From: Felis catus
Taxonomy: Eukaryota
Reading direction: 5' to 3'
Length of the DNA stretch: 64,000 bases
Assembly: GCF_018350175.1 (NCBI RefSeq)
Contig: NC_058368.1
Span: forward strand, 104,162,001-104,226,000
Shown piece after piece: positions 51,028 to 63,269 of this stretch (within the stretch, counting starts at the first letter, position 1; each line of letters opens with the position of its first letter). The notes under the pieces were generated by a model. It was not told where the DNA came from, searched no databases, and saw only the letters and a list, made by a program, of their open reading frames with translations. The position numbers and the translations under genes are program-made.

Positions 51028-51233
51028 TTTATTTTAAATGTTTATTTATTTAATTAGAAAGAGAGTGAGCAGGGAAGGGGCAGAGAGAGAGAGGAGACAG
51101 AGAGAGAATCCCAAGCAGGCTCCACACTGTCAGCAGAGCTCAATGCAGGGCCTGCATCCACGAGCCGTGAGATCATGACCTGAACCGAAACCAAGAGCTG
51201 GACACTTAAGCAACTGAGCCACCCAGGTGCCCC
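51028..51233 (-). mobile_element. CAN-SINE
   Basis: TSD GGCCAAATG(C/T)GATTTA. Confidence 0.85.
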
Positions 51234-52224
51234 GGCCAAATGTGATTTAAAATACATACAATTCCAAAGAATGACGAATTATGAAGTCATTTGTTTTGAA
51301 CTAATAAACTAGTTTCAGCTGAATTATCTGTAAGAGTTTTTTCTTTAATGACCCAAATATTGTTTTGGAAAAACCTAGAAACTCACACACTTGTCAGAAC
51401 TTGACCAATCCCATTTGCTATGCTAGGCAGATAGGAAGCGTGCCGACAGTCCCAAGCACAGTAATCTTGCACGGACACTCTGCTTACGTAACATTGATTT
51501 CTGAGGCTTTAAGTACTTATCTAAACTAAACTTAGATAAAAGGGCAACGATCTAGTGCTCGAAAAATCCTTTAAGGGTGCCTAACAATCGCTAACACTTA
51601 CTTTAGTTTTAATCTTTTTTCGAACCCTTGGAGACTGAAAAGCGAGTTACCATTTTGTATTTTAAGAGTTGCGCTTTGTGACGGTAAAAGTAGCGGTTTC
51701 CCTGACAGTCTGAAAGAGGAGTCCTTAAGCAGCATGCCAATACTGGTGCATTTTGCTAAGAATCCACCGTTTTAGAAGTGGAATAGAAAAGATATTTCTA
51801 AACGAAAGCTAAATTTTATCAGAACACCCAAAAGTGCCTATAAATCCTGAGGCTGTTTCCACATCTGCATCGCAAAGCATGATGGCTAGAACATTAGGGA
51901 ATCAGGCACCCTCTCTGGCATTTTAAGAGATACTAAATCATTCTTTTATGAAAAGATACAATGTGTGACTGAAAACATGAGACTGTCTTGAACCTGGAAA
52001 CACGGATTTAATAATATTGGATGGACTATTGCTTTTGTTGCTGGAACTTACCCCTGAGGGCGTTTGAGTCTCACAAGAGTACAGCAGCTGCCTTGAGCAA
52101 AGCAAAAGCAGGGTTTAGAAACAACTCATGTGAAAATGATTTAGGGAATGTAGCCAGCCGTTCTAGCAATTTCCACCCATTTTGAGGTTTTTACCAAAAA
52201 AAAAAAAAAAAAAAAAAAAGCCAG

Positions 52225-53045
52225 TGTGCTCTTGGTCTGCATCAATAGGAAAGCATAGTTGACAGTTGCTCCCTACTTCAGAAGTGTGACATTTAATTCT
52301 GGATGTTGTATCTTGTAAGCAAAAGAGACCGTTGTCAAGTTCTCATGGAGAGAAATCAGGAGTGTGAAGGGCCTTGACACATGTCACACGGGGAAGAGTT
52401 GCACAAACTAACTTGAGCGTGTGTAGCTTTGGAGAGAGTTGTCTCTCCGACTCTGGCTGCCTTTACTTTTTTTTTTTTTATTAAAAAAATTTTTGACATT
52501 TATTCATTTTTTGAAAGAGAGAGAGAAACAGAGCCCAAGTGGTGAGGGACAGAGAGAGGGAGGGAGACACAGAATCCAAGGCTGGCTCCAGCCTCTGAGC
52601 TTTCCGCCCAGAGCCCAACATGGGGCTTGAACTTACAAACCATGAGATCATGACCTGAGCAGAAGTCAGACACCCAACCGACTGAGCCACTTAGGCTTTT
52701 ACATTTATAAGAGGTTTTATTTACATAAAAGCCCCTGCTTTTACAGTTATGAAAGGTGATTTGTGGAAGACTGTTTGATTAGACCTAGCCCATATTGCCT
52801 CTGGATGTGGAATCTTGACCAAAGGTTGAACCTTGCAGGGAGATACATTGTGGCAAAATTTCCAAAATACCATTTTATTAATGTTTTCCAAACACAGGAT
52901 GAGGGGCTTGGGAAAAAAAAAAAAAGTGGGCCTAAGTCTCGGGATCTGTCGAAATAGGCTGGGCAATTCTTGGCAAGGAGATGTAAATATTGGGTGGGCT
53001 GTTAATGAGACAATCTTTAAAGTCCTCTCCAGCACCCAATATGAA
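52225..53045 (+). mobile_element. L3/CR1 3' remnant with a SINE (52467-52697)
   Basis: CAGGAGTGTGAAGGGCCTTGACACATGTCACACGGGGAAGAGTTG...TGTGTAGCTTTGGAGA resembles the CR1 ORF2 end; TCTTTAAAGTCCTCTCCAGC terminus. Confidence 0.55.
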
Positions 53046-53129
53046 GATTTCAGAACTTCACAGCAATAGTATAAATGTTCTGTTCTCTTCAAAATGTAAC
53101 TGAGGTATCCTGCACGATAATTTAAAAAA

Positions 53130-53160
53130 ATTTGTTTTAGTATTTTATTTATTTTTAAGG

Positions 53161-53194
<34 letters not shown>

Positions 53195-53745
53195 CATGAG
53201 AAAGGGAGGGGCAGAGAGAGAGGGAGACACAGAATCCAAAGCAGACTCCAGGCTCTGAGCCGGATGCAGGGCTTGAACTCATGAGCCGAGAGATCATGAC
53301 TTAAGCCAAAGGATCATGACCTAAGCCAAAGTCTGGTGCTTAACCGACTGAGCCCCCCAGGTGCCCGTCCCACATGATAATTTTCAGTGCAAGGGATGCC
53401 TCTCACGTGCACATCCTCAGATGATCTGCAAGTTTAGTTTCTATCCCGTTTCCCCCATCCCCACACCCAATGTATTTAGGACACCTCTACCCTTCTCACT
53501 CCTGCCTTACAGACTATCTACATCTAAAGAAGTTGCTCTAAACGTTTATTTTGTTTTTGAGACAGAGAGAGAAACAGAGAGCGTGAGCGGGGAGGGGCAG
53601 AGAGCGAGGCAGACACAGAATCTGAAGCAGGCTCCAGGCTCTGAGCTGTCAGTGCAGAGTCCTTGCAGGCCTCAGACCCATGAACCATGAGATCATGACC
53701 TGAGCCAAAGTTGGATGCTTAACCGACTGAGCCACCTAGGCACCC
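53130..53745 (-). mobile_element. Two CAN-SINEs (53130-53366, 53540-53745)
   Basis: SINE bodies. Confidence 0.85.
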
Positions 53746-54303
53746 AGAAGTTGCTGTAGATCAGAAGGAGCCTCTATCCTGCTGTTGCTTCCTCCAGAAG
53801 GAGGAAGTCGGGTATCCATGTGAAACCTGTATAATCAAAGAAATTCTCTACTTACATCTGTCCGTCACGTGGCATTGCTTGCCCTGTTCAAGGAAACATG
53901 GCTGAAACGGTCTCGCTAACACAGATGTGTCTCACCCTCTTGGCTGCTCTGCAAGGTACCTGCTCTTGTCTGTCACAGGGCCTGGACTCCCACCCAGACA
54001 ACCTTTTAGACCCAGTCATTGTAGCGAGCCCCCAGGGTGCAAGCTGGTTTGGTCTGTATGCCTCCAAAGCTTAACCTCTGTACGCTATAGTGGGCAGCCG
54101 GAAGAGAGACATAGTCGAGAAATGTGGAAAGACTTGATGCATTCCCGTGAAGTTTGGCTCCTGAAAAGGACAAGGATTCCCATGTCATTTTACCAAACCG
54201 GCTTTGGAGAATGGGAGCCACTTTGACCCAAACGCCTAGTTTCCAAGTTTATTTTGGATTTACTAGCTAACGTGGGTATTGTAGCTTAACGATTAGGAGT
54301 GGG

Positions 54304-55424
54304 GGTTCTGACCTGGTCACAGAAAAGCATGATGGGAAAATATTTCCTGACTGGAGTGTTGCTTTTTAAATGTGAATTTTTATTTCTTTTTAGTTGTTTT
54401 AAACTGTTTACACCTTTTTCTTGATCTTAAAGATTGTGTCGATTGTGGCTGGGGAGGGATGAAGGGTGATTGAGTCTAAGGATAATGAAATAATCAGTGA
54501 CTGAAGCCATTTTCTCATCGTCCTTTGTTCTGAGCATTCTTTGTACCCTTCAGATATCCATCTTTTTCATTTGAAACCCAGGCCTTCCCTTGAAAGATTT
54601 TATTGTGTAAAAAGTTCCACAGGTCAATAATTTAGAGGATGGGGCGCCTGGGTGGCGCAGTCGGTTAAGCGTCCGACTTCAGCCAGGTCACCATCTCGCG
54701 GTCTGTGAGTTCGAGCCCCGCGTCGGGCTCTGGGCTGATGGCTCGGAGCCTGGAGCCTGTTTCCGATTCTGTGTCTCCCTCTCTCTCTGCCCCTCCCCCG
54801 TTCATGCTCTGTCTCTCTCTGTCCCAAAAATAAATAAAAAAAAAATTAAAAAAAAAAAATAATTTAGAGGAAAATGAGTATGTGGTCCAAGAAAGGAAAA
54901 ATAGTTAAGAATTTAGGACTTTTATTCTTTCTTTTGTAATTGTGTAAAGAAATGAAGAAAAAAAAAGCCATAAAAAGCAGAATTTTAATGTGAAGACTTT
55001 CTTTGCCATAATCACTAGTTTTCGGGGCAGCGTCCATTTAGCCTGTGTGCAGAGTCCACTTCTCACATCTTTCCTCAAGTATCTTCTATTTTTGTCATGA
55101 ATTCCCTTTCAATCAACCATAGGTTATTTAATATACATTCTTACAAGGTGCCAGGGTGGCTCAGTCAATTAAGCGTCCGACTCTAGCTCAGGTCATGATC
55201 TTGTGGTTCCTGAGTTCGAGCCCCACGTCAGGCTCTGTGCTGGCAGCTCAGAGCCTGGAGCCTGCCTCGTATTCTGTGTGTGTCTCTCTCTCTCTCTGCC
55301 CCTCCTCCGCTCACACTCTGTCTCTCTCAAAAATAAATAAACATTAAAAAGCTTTATTTTTTTATATTTTACTTTAAGTTTTTTTTAAAAAATAAATTCT
55401 TACTACTTAATGGGGGAAAAAAAA
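54304..55424 (+). pseudogene. 5'-truncated processed pseudogene (distal 3'UTR only), probably from TOP1; split by two SINEs (54641-54858, 55146-55390)
   Basis: Colinear with my recollection of the TOP1 3'UTR (CACAGAAAAGCATGATGGGAAAATATTTCCTGAC...CTAAGGATAATGAAATAATCAGTGACTGAA...CACATCTTTCCTCAAGTATCTTCTATTTTT...ACTTAATGG). AATAAA at 55391, A8 tail, TSD AGGAGTGGG at 54295 and 55424. Confidence 0.75.
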
Positions 55425-55454
55425 GGAGTGGGAGGTGCCCATCTGCCTGGATTC

Positions 55455-55607
55455 AGTCATTACTTCTTGAAGCCTCTGCTTCCTCATCCTTCCATTACGG
55501 ATCATAATAGCATTTACCTCACTGGGCACTTGTGCAAATTAAATGAAGTGATCTCCATAAGAAGAAGATTTTTAGAAAATAATGAGACTTCAATAAATTG
55601 TGGTTAT
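55455..55607 (+). mobile_element. MIR
   Basis: AGCCTCTGCTTCCTCATC...ATAATAGCA.TTACCTCA...ATTAAATGA...CAATAAAT. Confidence 0.6.
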
Positions 55608-55939
55608 AAACCACATGCCTCTCAAGAAGGTCCAGGAGCTGAAAATCCTAAGATTCCCAAGTACAAGAGGGGAATACCCACACAGAATGCTTTATGCTAA
55701 AATCATAGAATAAGGTCGTGTAGGATAGTATAAACACAGTAATTTAGGGACTAGTCTTCTATAGTGTCTAGTTATCTCCTTTTTCTTTAGAAATGTCATT
55801 AGGATTATAGTTTTTCCTCATACCTCAGTGTATCTGTCCTCAGAAACACTGACCTTACTTTTTTTTCCTACTTAACCCTTTAGACTAGCCCAGGACCTTC
55901 TCTGTTATGATGAAAAGGCAAATTAAGGTAGAAAGTTAA

Positions 55940-56080
55940 AGAGACAGAGACAGAAAGGAGGCGGAAGAAGAGGAGGATGATGAGGAAGAGGTCAAAGAAC
56001 TGGAGGGAAAGGGGGGGTGGACAAGAAGAAAGTAGAAAGAAGGGGAAGGAAAGTGAGGAGGGACAAGGAGAAGAAAAAGA
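55940..56080. repeat. GA-rich low-complexity tract
   Basis: Nearly pure purine run. Confidence 0.8.
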
Positions 56081-56407
56081 AATTGGTTGCCTCCTTAAAA
56101 GAGACTGTCATCTCTTGTGGCCAGGTGCAAATTTTCTGCCCTTTACACGCAAGTCTTTGTTCTCAGCCCTGATTGTTTTCTTAGGCTGAATCCCCAGAAG
56201 TAAACTGCTGAGAGAGGGAGTGAATATTTGTTAAACATTTTTGGACATATTATCAAGTTCCCCTGCTACAGCTCCTTTTGCCTGGTTTCTGGAAATCTCT
56301 CCTTGACTGGATTCAGGCATTCTACTGGCCACTCAGCTTATGTTGCCCACGCTTGTTTGCACGGTTTGGGTGATAGAAAAGTTGTTCCCTACCACCCTCT
56401 ACTTAAA

Positions 56408-56438
<31 letters not shown>

Positions 56439-57109
56439 CAACTAGAGACTTCTATGGTGGATGATCATAGAGATTACACTTGTTTTATTGCTGGCATTAA
56501 TGGGTTTCTGGTGTTTCACCACTAAATATAATGTTGGTGTTTGGTTTAAGATGTACACTCTTAAAATCAGGTCAAGGCGATATTCATTTTGCTCTAGTGA
56601 AAATTCTTGGTTTTGAGGTTCTTTCCCATCAGAAACAGAATCAGGGTAACGTCCCAGAAGGACATTTTGGAAGGCTGTTTGATCACTCATGGAATCTCTG
56701 GGAAGGCTGAAGATCTAAATGTAATCTATAAAAACAAGAAGAACTGGTAATCATGAAACTGGGAATTCCCTTGAAGTTTTGGATTATTGCTTACGCCTTG
56801 AATATCTCATGGGAAGCATCCAGTAATCTCAGGCTTGCAAATCTGAAATCATCTGGTTCAACTACCTCTTCTGATAATTGAGTCTTTGCTACAAGGTTCC
56901 TACCAAGCGGTGACCCATCAGATATGTGTAAATGCCAGTAAAGGTCTTGCTAATTTTCTTTGACTTCCTGTAGCATTTACCCAATGTTTCTCTTTTTATC
57001 CCTTAGGTCATCAGAACAAACCTAATGCATTTTTTTTTTCTCTGCCTACCTTGCTTTTTTACCATTTTTCATAAGACACAATCATACTGATCTTTTAAAA
57101 ATAAATTCA

Positions 57110-58928
57110 GGGGCACCTGGGTAGCTCAGTCAGTTAAGCGGCTGACTTTGGCTCACATCACAATCTCACAGCTTGTGATTTCAAGCCCCCAATCAGGCTC
57201 TGTGCTGACAGCTTGGAGCCTGGAGCCTGCTTCAGATTCTGTGTCTCCCTCTCTGTCTCTGCCCCTCCCCTGCTCACACTCCGTGTCTCCCAAAAAATAA
57301 ATAAACATTAAAACAATTTAAAAATAAGTTCAAAATTTCTTTTTCCCTTTTTTAAAATTTTTTTTTATGTTTTATTTATTTATGAGACAGGGAGAGACAG
57401 AGCACGAACAGGGAGGGTCAGAGAGAGGGAGACACAGAATCTGAAACAGGCTCCAGGCTCCGAGCTGTCAGCACAGAGCCTGACACAGGGCTTGAACTCA
57501 CGGACTGAGAGATCATGACCTGAGCGGAAGTCAGCCGCTCAACCGACTGAGCCACCCAGGCGCCCCGTCTCTCTTTTTCCCTTAAAAAAAAAATGTTTAT
57601 TTTATTTTTCAGAGAGCACCAGTTGGGGAGGGGCAAAGGGAGGGGGACAGAGGATCTCAGGTGGGGTCGGCACTGACAACTGAGAGCCCGATGCGGGGTT
57701 CCAACTCACGAACTGTGAGATCACTACCTGAGCTGAGGTCTGACGCTCAACCCACTGAGCCACCCACATGCCCCTTGAACTTTACCTCATAAAAAATAAA
57801 AAGCTGGGAATCCAGACTGTAGCCAAAGTTGTTCCCCAAAACAAGTTAGGTTGAGATGTCTCTGCCACCCTTGGAGATTGTGCCACCTCTGCTGTCACCA
57901 GACTCAGTTCTAATTCACCTTTACTTCTCTGCATTACCACTCCTGAGGCAGAGTCCTGGGTGATCGGGTTGGGCTGGTGCTTGCACTGCGGCTCCCAGGG
58001 TCTCTTCGAGTGGTTCCCCATATCCCACTAAGATGGACACAACTCCATATCCCATAATTGGATGCTGATGCTGGATAGTCAAAAATAGAAATGACGAAGT
58101 CTACTACCCATCTATTCTGACTTTATTAAAATATTTCCCCAGGAGTCGATAATGTTTACCCTTTCAGCATTTGAAATGACCATATGATTTTATGCTTCAG
58201 ACCTGTTGCTATAGGAACTAAATTTGTAGATTGAGTTGAACCATCTTCCCGTTGTTGGGATAAAAGCCTCTTGGTTGTGATATTGTATTTTTTGAACATT
58301 TGAACATATGGTTGGATTCCATGGCCGCTATTTTATTTAGGATTTTCATGGTTGGTTAATTTATCGGGGACATAGGTGTATATAATCCTTTTTAGGATTT
58401 GATATTGATATTTTGATTCATTATAAAATACTTTGGACAATTTTTCTATTTTTCTAATGTTTTATTTTTATTTGAGAGAGAAAGAGAGAGAGAGAGGCAG
58501 AGAGAGAGGGAGACACAGAATTCAAAGTAGGCTCCAGGCTCTGAGCTGTCAGCACAGAGCCCGACCCAGGGCTCATACTCACGAACAGTGAGATCATGAG
58601 CTGAGCTGAAGTCAAACACTCAACCAAATGAGCCACCCAAGTGCCCCTTCCCTCTCTATTTTTTGGAGCGGTTTAAATACTTGCAAATGTTTCTATATTA
58701 TATACCATTTACTTTTTTTTTAAATTTATTTATTAATTTTGAGACAGAGAGAGAGAGAGAGCACAAGTGGGGGAGGGGCAGAGAGAGAGGGAGGGAGAAA
58801 ATCCCAAGCAGGCTCCATGCTGTAAGCAAGAAGACGCCCTGAGGCTGGATCCCAAAACTGTGGGATATGATGACTGGAGCCAAAATCAAGAGTTGGATGC
58901 TTAACCAACTGAGTCACCCAGGCATCCC
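57110..58928. mobile_element. SINE cluster: 57110-57320(+), 57345-57566(-), 57590-57774(-), 58450-58647(-), 58712-58928(-), with old L1/LTR scraps between
   Basis: SINE bodies. Confidence 0.85.
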
Positions 58929-58999
58929 ACATTTTACATACTTCTAAGTGTAATGTAGGGTATGTATGTAGTGTGTATTATGTATATTAATATTATATA

Positions 59000-59380
59000 T
59001 TAATTCATTTAATCTCTGCAACAACCATATGAGGTAAGTACCATTATTCCCATTTCACACAAGAAAAAAATTGGCAGAGTGGTTAAGTAACTTGCCCAAG
59101 ACCACAATATTAATCAGCATCAGAATGATGTGCTCCTGAACCCTAGAAAGCTTTTACCTGTGAAGTATATCCAGGAAAGATATTTATACGAATAAGAAGC
59201 TCTTTAACAATTTAAAAAATAAAATCCCAGTACAGTGTCTCAAAGTATGATTATCCGACCAGCAGCATCACTTAGATACTGAAGTTTCTGAAACAGAAAC
59301 TGTGGGGTGCATCCAAACGATCTGTGTTTTAACAAGCCCTCCAGATGTTTCTGGTACAAGTTACAGTTGAAGAACCACGA
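59000..59380. mobile_element. MIR (-, 59000-59145) and MER5A-like element (59232-59380)
   Basis: TCATTTAATC..TGCAACAACC.TATGAGGTA...GGTTAAGTAACTTGCCCAAG; ATCTGTGTTTTAACAAGCCCTCCAG...TTGAAGAACCAC. Confidence 0.75.
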
Positions 59381-59599
59381 AGCCAGAAATATTAACCATA
59401 TTAGTCAAACATTCAGTGGAACATGGCTGAACCAAGAGGTAAGCGCAGATTCAAAGTGTAGGTTTGGAATCTTCCGGAATGTCTTTTGACGTTGCTTGCA
59501 TAGCTCCTCTTCCTTTGGGGAATCGGTTCTCCCCCACAGCAGTACAATCGTGTGATTTTTGGTGGGGCTGCTAAACTGGGACCCTGCTCCGTGGGCACA

Positions 59600-60035
59600 G
59601 AACATTCCAGACATTCCTAATATCCCATTTATCTGGCTTTAGTAAGCAAAGGCACGCAACCCAAGTCAGGCCAAGGAAAATCCCTTCTGGGCTTTACATT
59701 TAGAGTTAGATGGGAATGTGTTTTGCTTTTTGCATTTTGAAGAGGAGGGCAGATGACTGAGGGATATTGTCTGATGATTTGCCCACCTGCATAGAAGAGA
59801 ATAGATCAGAACAGTGAAAAAAAAAACAAAAAACAAAAAACAAAAAAAACAAAAAAAAAAAAAAAACAAAGTTGAGAGAGAAACCTGACAAGCTCATCTG
59901 AGACCCTGGATGTGTCATCCTGAAACCAGCCCTACCCTGAATTTACCAGTTACACAAGCCAATAAACTCTCGTATGCTCGGACTACTTTGAGTTGGTTTC
60001 TGTCACTAGCCACAGGAAGTGTGCTGGCTAATACA
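59600..60035 (+). mobile_element. MLT1 (J/K-like) MaLR LTR
   Basis: CCTGAAACCAGCCCTACCC...CAGTTACACAAGCCAATAAA...TTTGAGTTGG.TTTCTGTCACT...CTAATACA. Confidence 0.7.
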
Positions 60036-62132
60036 CTAGAGTCAGGGAGTATAGACACAGTGTTAACCTGTTCCATATTGGAAATATTTTAATTTTCAAA
60101 TCTACTACTATTTTGGTAATATCAAAGGGCTTATCTAAAATTACATTTTCGTACTACGTCATACCTTAAACATTGTGTAACTAGTTAAAGTAATTTGGCC
60201 TTTTTATGATGTCGGTCCATAAACTTGCATTTTTTTTTTTTTTTTGAGCCCAAGCCATTATTTCCATCTGTCACCAGTAATCCATGACACTTTTGTTTCC
60301 TCGCAGCTGGCAGCTGCCACAGAAAATATCAATTCTAAACTGCCGCCTCCTTTGGGAGTTTGCTCACTTGGAAAGAAACTCAACAGGGCAAACCTTGGCA
60401 GCTCTCTTTCCTGCGTTTGGCTTAGCCGTAAGGAAAACCCTAACACACAGGAAGCGCTCAATAATTATTTATTGAATAAATGAGATGAAACCCAGGAGAC
60501 AATTAAAAAAAAAAACCAATGAGGATTTTATTTCAGCAGCTAAATTCAGCATCCATCCATGAATTTAGGGAATTTATTCAGTTTGGCAAATCTTAAATAC
60601 TGTGGGTAAAGTGTGTGGTTACAGTAACAGAGGTCAGATCCCGGAATGTTTAAGCCTTAGGCAGGCACAGCCGGGACACCTGAGTTGCACACCCCCCCCC
60701 ACCCGTGGGCTTTGTCAGGTGGTAGGTGAGCTATGAACGTTCAGCCAGGGCTACTTATCTCTGACCCAACTTTACCTCCTCAGCTGTCCAAGTGGATTAG
60801 TGTATTGTCTTGGCTCCTAGCCGAAGCTGGCTTAGATGTGTATTTCTGAAATGTTTATGGCCAGCGAGATTCCTGCCTGAGTGGTGCTAAGCACGTTATT
60901 TTGCTGAGATATCCCTAATGGAATATGAATTCCCATGAAAAATAAGCTCAGGGAGACCTGTTCATTCCAGTAGGAATACTAGAAGAATCCCTTCATACAT
61001 TGTGGTTTTCTTTGTGTTTCTGGCTTTTTTTTTTTTTTTAAATAGGCCTTGTTAAGAAGGAAATAATTAGTCTCCTGGTAGATTCATCTCCCCCCCCCCC
61101 CCAAGCAAACTTATTTAACCTGCAAATACAAGTGTCCTTCGGCTACCTGAGTCTAAAAAGTATATACTTTCAAGAATGAACCCTTTGGGGAAAAAAATCC
61201 ATAAAATTGCAAATTTGGTATATTCCAGCTATAGCTTGCGAATCCTTTCTGGTCATTCTGGGCATTCATAGAACTGAAAAGTATGTCTCGTGCTTTGAAT
61301 CAATAATCTATTTTTGAGGAATTTTGGTGAATTGATACTGTAAGAAGGTCACAACACCTTAAATAGTCTGCTTTTATTGTTATTCTGTTTCCTTTGGGTA
61401 ATTCCTTTAAATATCCTAAGGTTCTGATGCTCAGCAGGCTTGATCAAGTAACTAAAAGGCTCTCAATGTCTAGAAACGTGAAATGTATCCTATACTCTTT
61501 TGGAGTTTTTATTGCGTAACATAGGTGTAATGATTCATATAGTAAACCCTCAATATCTGTAGTTAGTCCTAGTTCTTTACTCAAGCAGATTAGACAAGTG
61601 GCCATGTTAGAGGGATTTTCTGTAAATACCACACCAACACAACCAAACTCACGTAGCTCTCTGCTGACATTTATAACAAAAGATAATCCTGCAGATCTGT
61701 TTCTGCACACTGGATTTTTGTGTGAGTTTTGGAAGAACACAATTTCACCTCCTTTTAAGTGGTTGAGAAATAAACAAAATCACAATGCTTATTATGGAAA
61801 TACACAAGTTCCAATTTGCCAAAATAAAGTGTCTATGACACATACCTGGGAGGTTTTGGCATGCCCTAAAGACGCTGTTTGCCTTCTGTCATTATACGTT
61901 TACCAAATGATTGTGAGTTTTGAATAATGCAGCGGGCACTCCCATTTGGGCATGGAAAGCTTTGGGAATGTAAACTAAAAAAACAAAAGTAGTATTTTAT
62001 ATTGATATGACTATTACAAAATAGAAGTCAGTTCCTTTTTGAAACCTAAAGTCACATAATACCAAGGATAATGATGAAAAAAAGTTCAAAGTGTTTAAGA
62101 GCAAAAAAAAAAAAAAACCCCAAAAACCTTTA

Positions 62133-62340
62133 GGGGCACCTGGGTGGGTCAGTCGGTTAAGCGTCTCACTTCACCCAGGTCATGATTTCATAGCTAGTGA
62201 GTTTGAGCCCTGCATTGGACTGTGTGCTGAGTCTGGAGCCTGCTTTGGATTCTGTCTCCTTGTCTCTCTGCCCCTCCTTGACTCATGTACTCTCTCTCTC
62301 TCTCAAATATAAACATTTAAAAATTAAAAAAAAAAAAAAG
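62133..62340 (+). mobile_element. CAN-SINE
   Basis: SINE head, (CT)n and A-tail. Confidence 0.85.
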
Positions 62341-63269
62341 AATAGCACTTACCTTAACATTTTTTTAATAAATAAAACTATATAAAAAATATTTTTCAAA
62401 ACCTGTTAGAAGTTGCTGACTCAGTCAGCTCTCCCGAATAACTGAATCAAATCTGGGGCGTGGGGGATTGTCAGAGCCCTCTGCCTCCCTCTGCTCAGCC
62501 GTATTCTGTGTTTTGTGTCATTGACCCAAACCCTCTTTTAAACTTTCTTGTTCCTTCCATGTGTTCCATTCTGGAAAAATCCAAACCATCCAGTCTGACC
62601 AAGCAACGCTCTATTAGTAGAATGTAAAGCTCCACCTTAGGCAGTAACTAAAGCCTCTGAAATTGCGATTCCTCTGACCTTTTGGACATTCCTTATTCTT
62701 ACCTTCCCTGACCTGCCTCGGGCCACTGGCTCACTCCGGACAATTCATTTTAGACACGCCTCCCTGGCTGGTGCTCCCTAGGATGGGTTGGAGCTGTGCA
62801 CAGTGTCTGAAGGTGAGAGATGTTCTGGTCCCCAACCTGACCCCGAGGACCAGCAGGACCAGAAGTTCAGCCACTAGTGGTCAGCAGCCCAGTCCTGCCT
62901 GGCTCTTTTGGGCATTCCACCTCTGCTCTTAGTGGTTTCTGAATGAGCCCTTTCAGGCTCTCCGCGAGGGATAGATTCAGACCCTCCCTTCTGAATGGAA
63001 GGCCAAAGAAATCTCCGTATTTAACAACAACAAGAAACAAAATAAATAAAAATGTCTTTAAAATATTCTTAATGTGTCAGAAAGAGCTAAATACTATTCC
63101 AACTGGCATTTAGTATAGGTGGATGAAACTCACTTAAAAATTGTTTAATCACTGAATTTCTTTATAATTTTTTTATTCGCCACGCTCTTATAAAGCACCA
63201 AATGGCAAAAGGGACTTTGTCCTGTGCACGCACACCCTCATTATGCCTCTCCCCCAGTTTTTTAATATG

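Noticed and set aside
52721..53239. 172-aa minus ORF
   Set aside because: TTG start inside a SINE; crosses an antisense L3/CR1 remnant.
42183..53331. Small tandem duplications (15-mer at ~42183; 20-mer at ~53291; also a 10-mer at ~9136 and (CTGAT)3 at ~10478)
   Set aside because: Ordinary slippage events inside repeats.
53927..54226. 99-aa ORF just upstream of the retrocopy, as possible TOP1 coding sequence
   Set aside because: Lies outside the TSD and does not resemble TOP1 protein.
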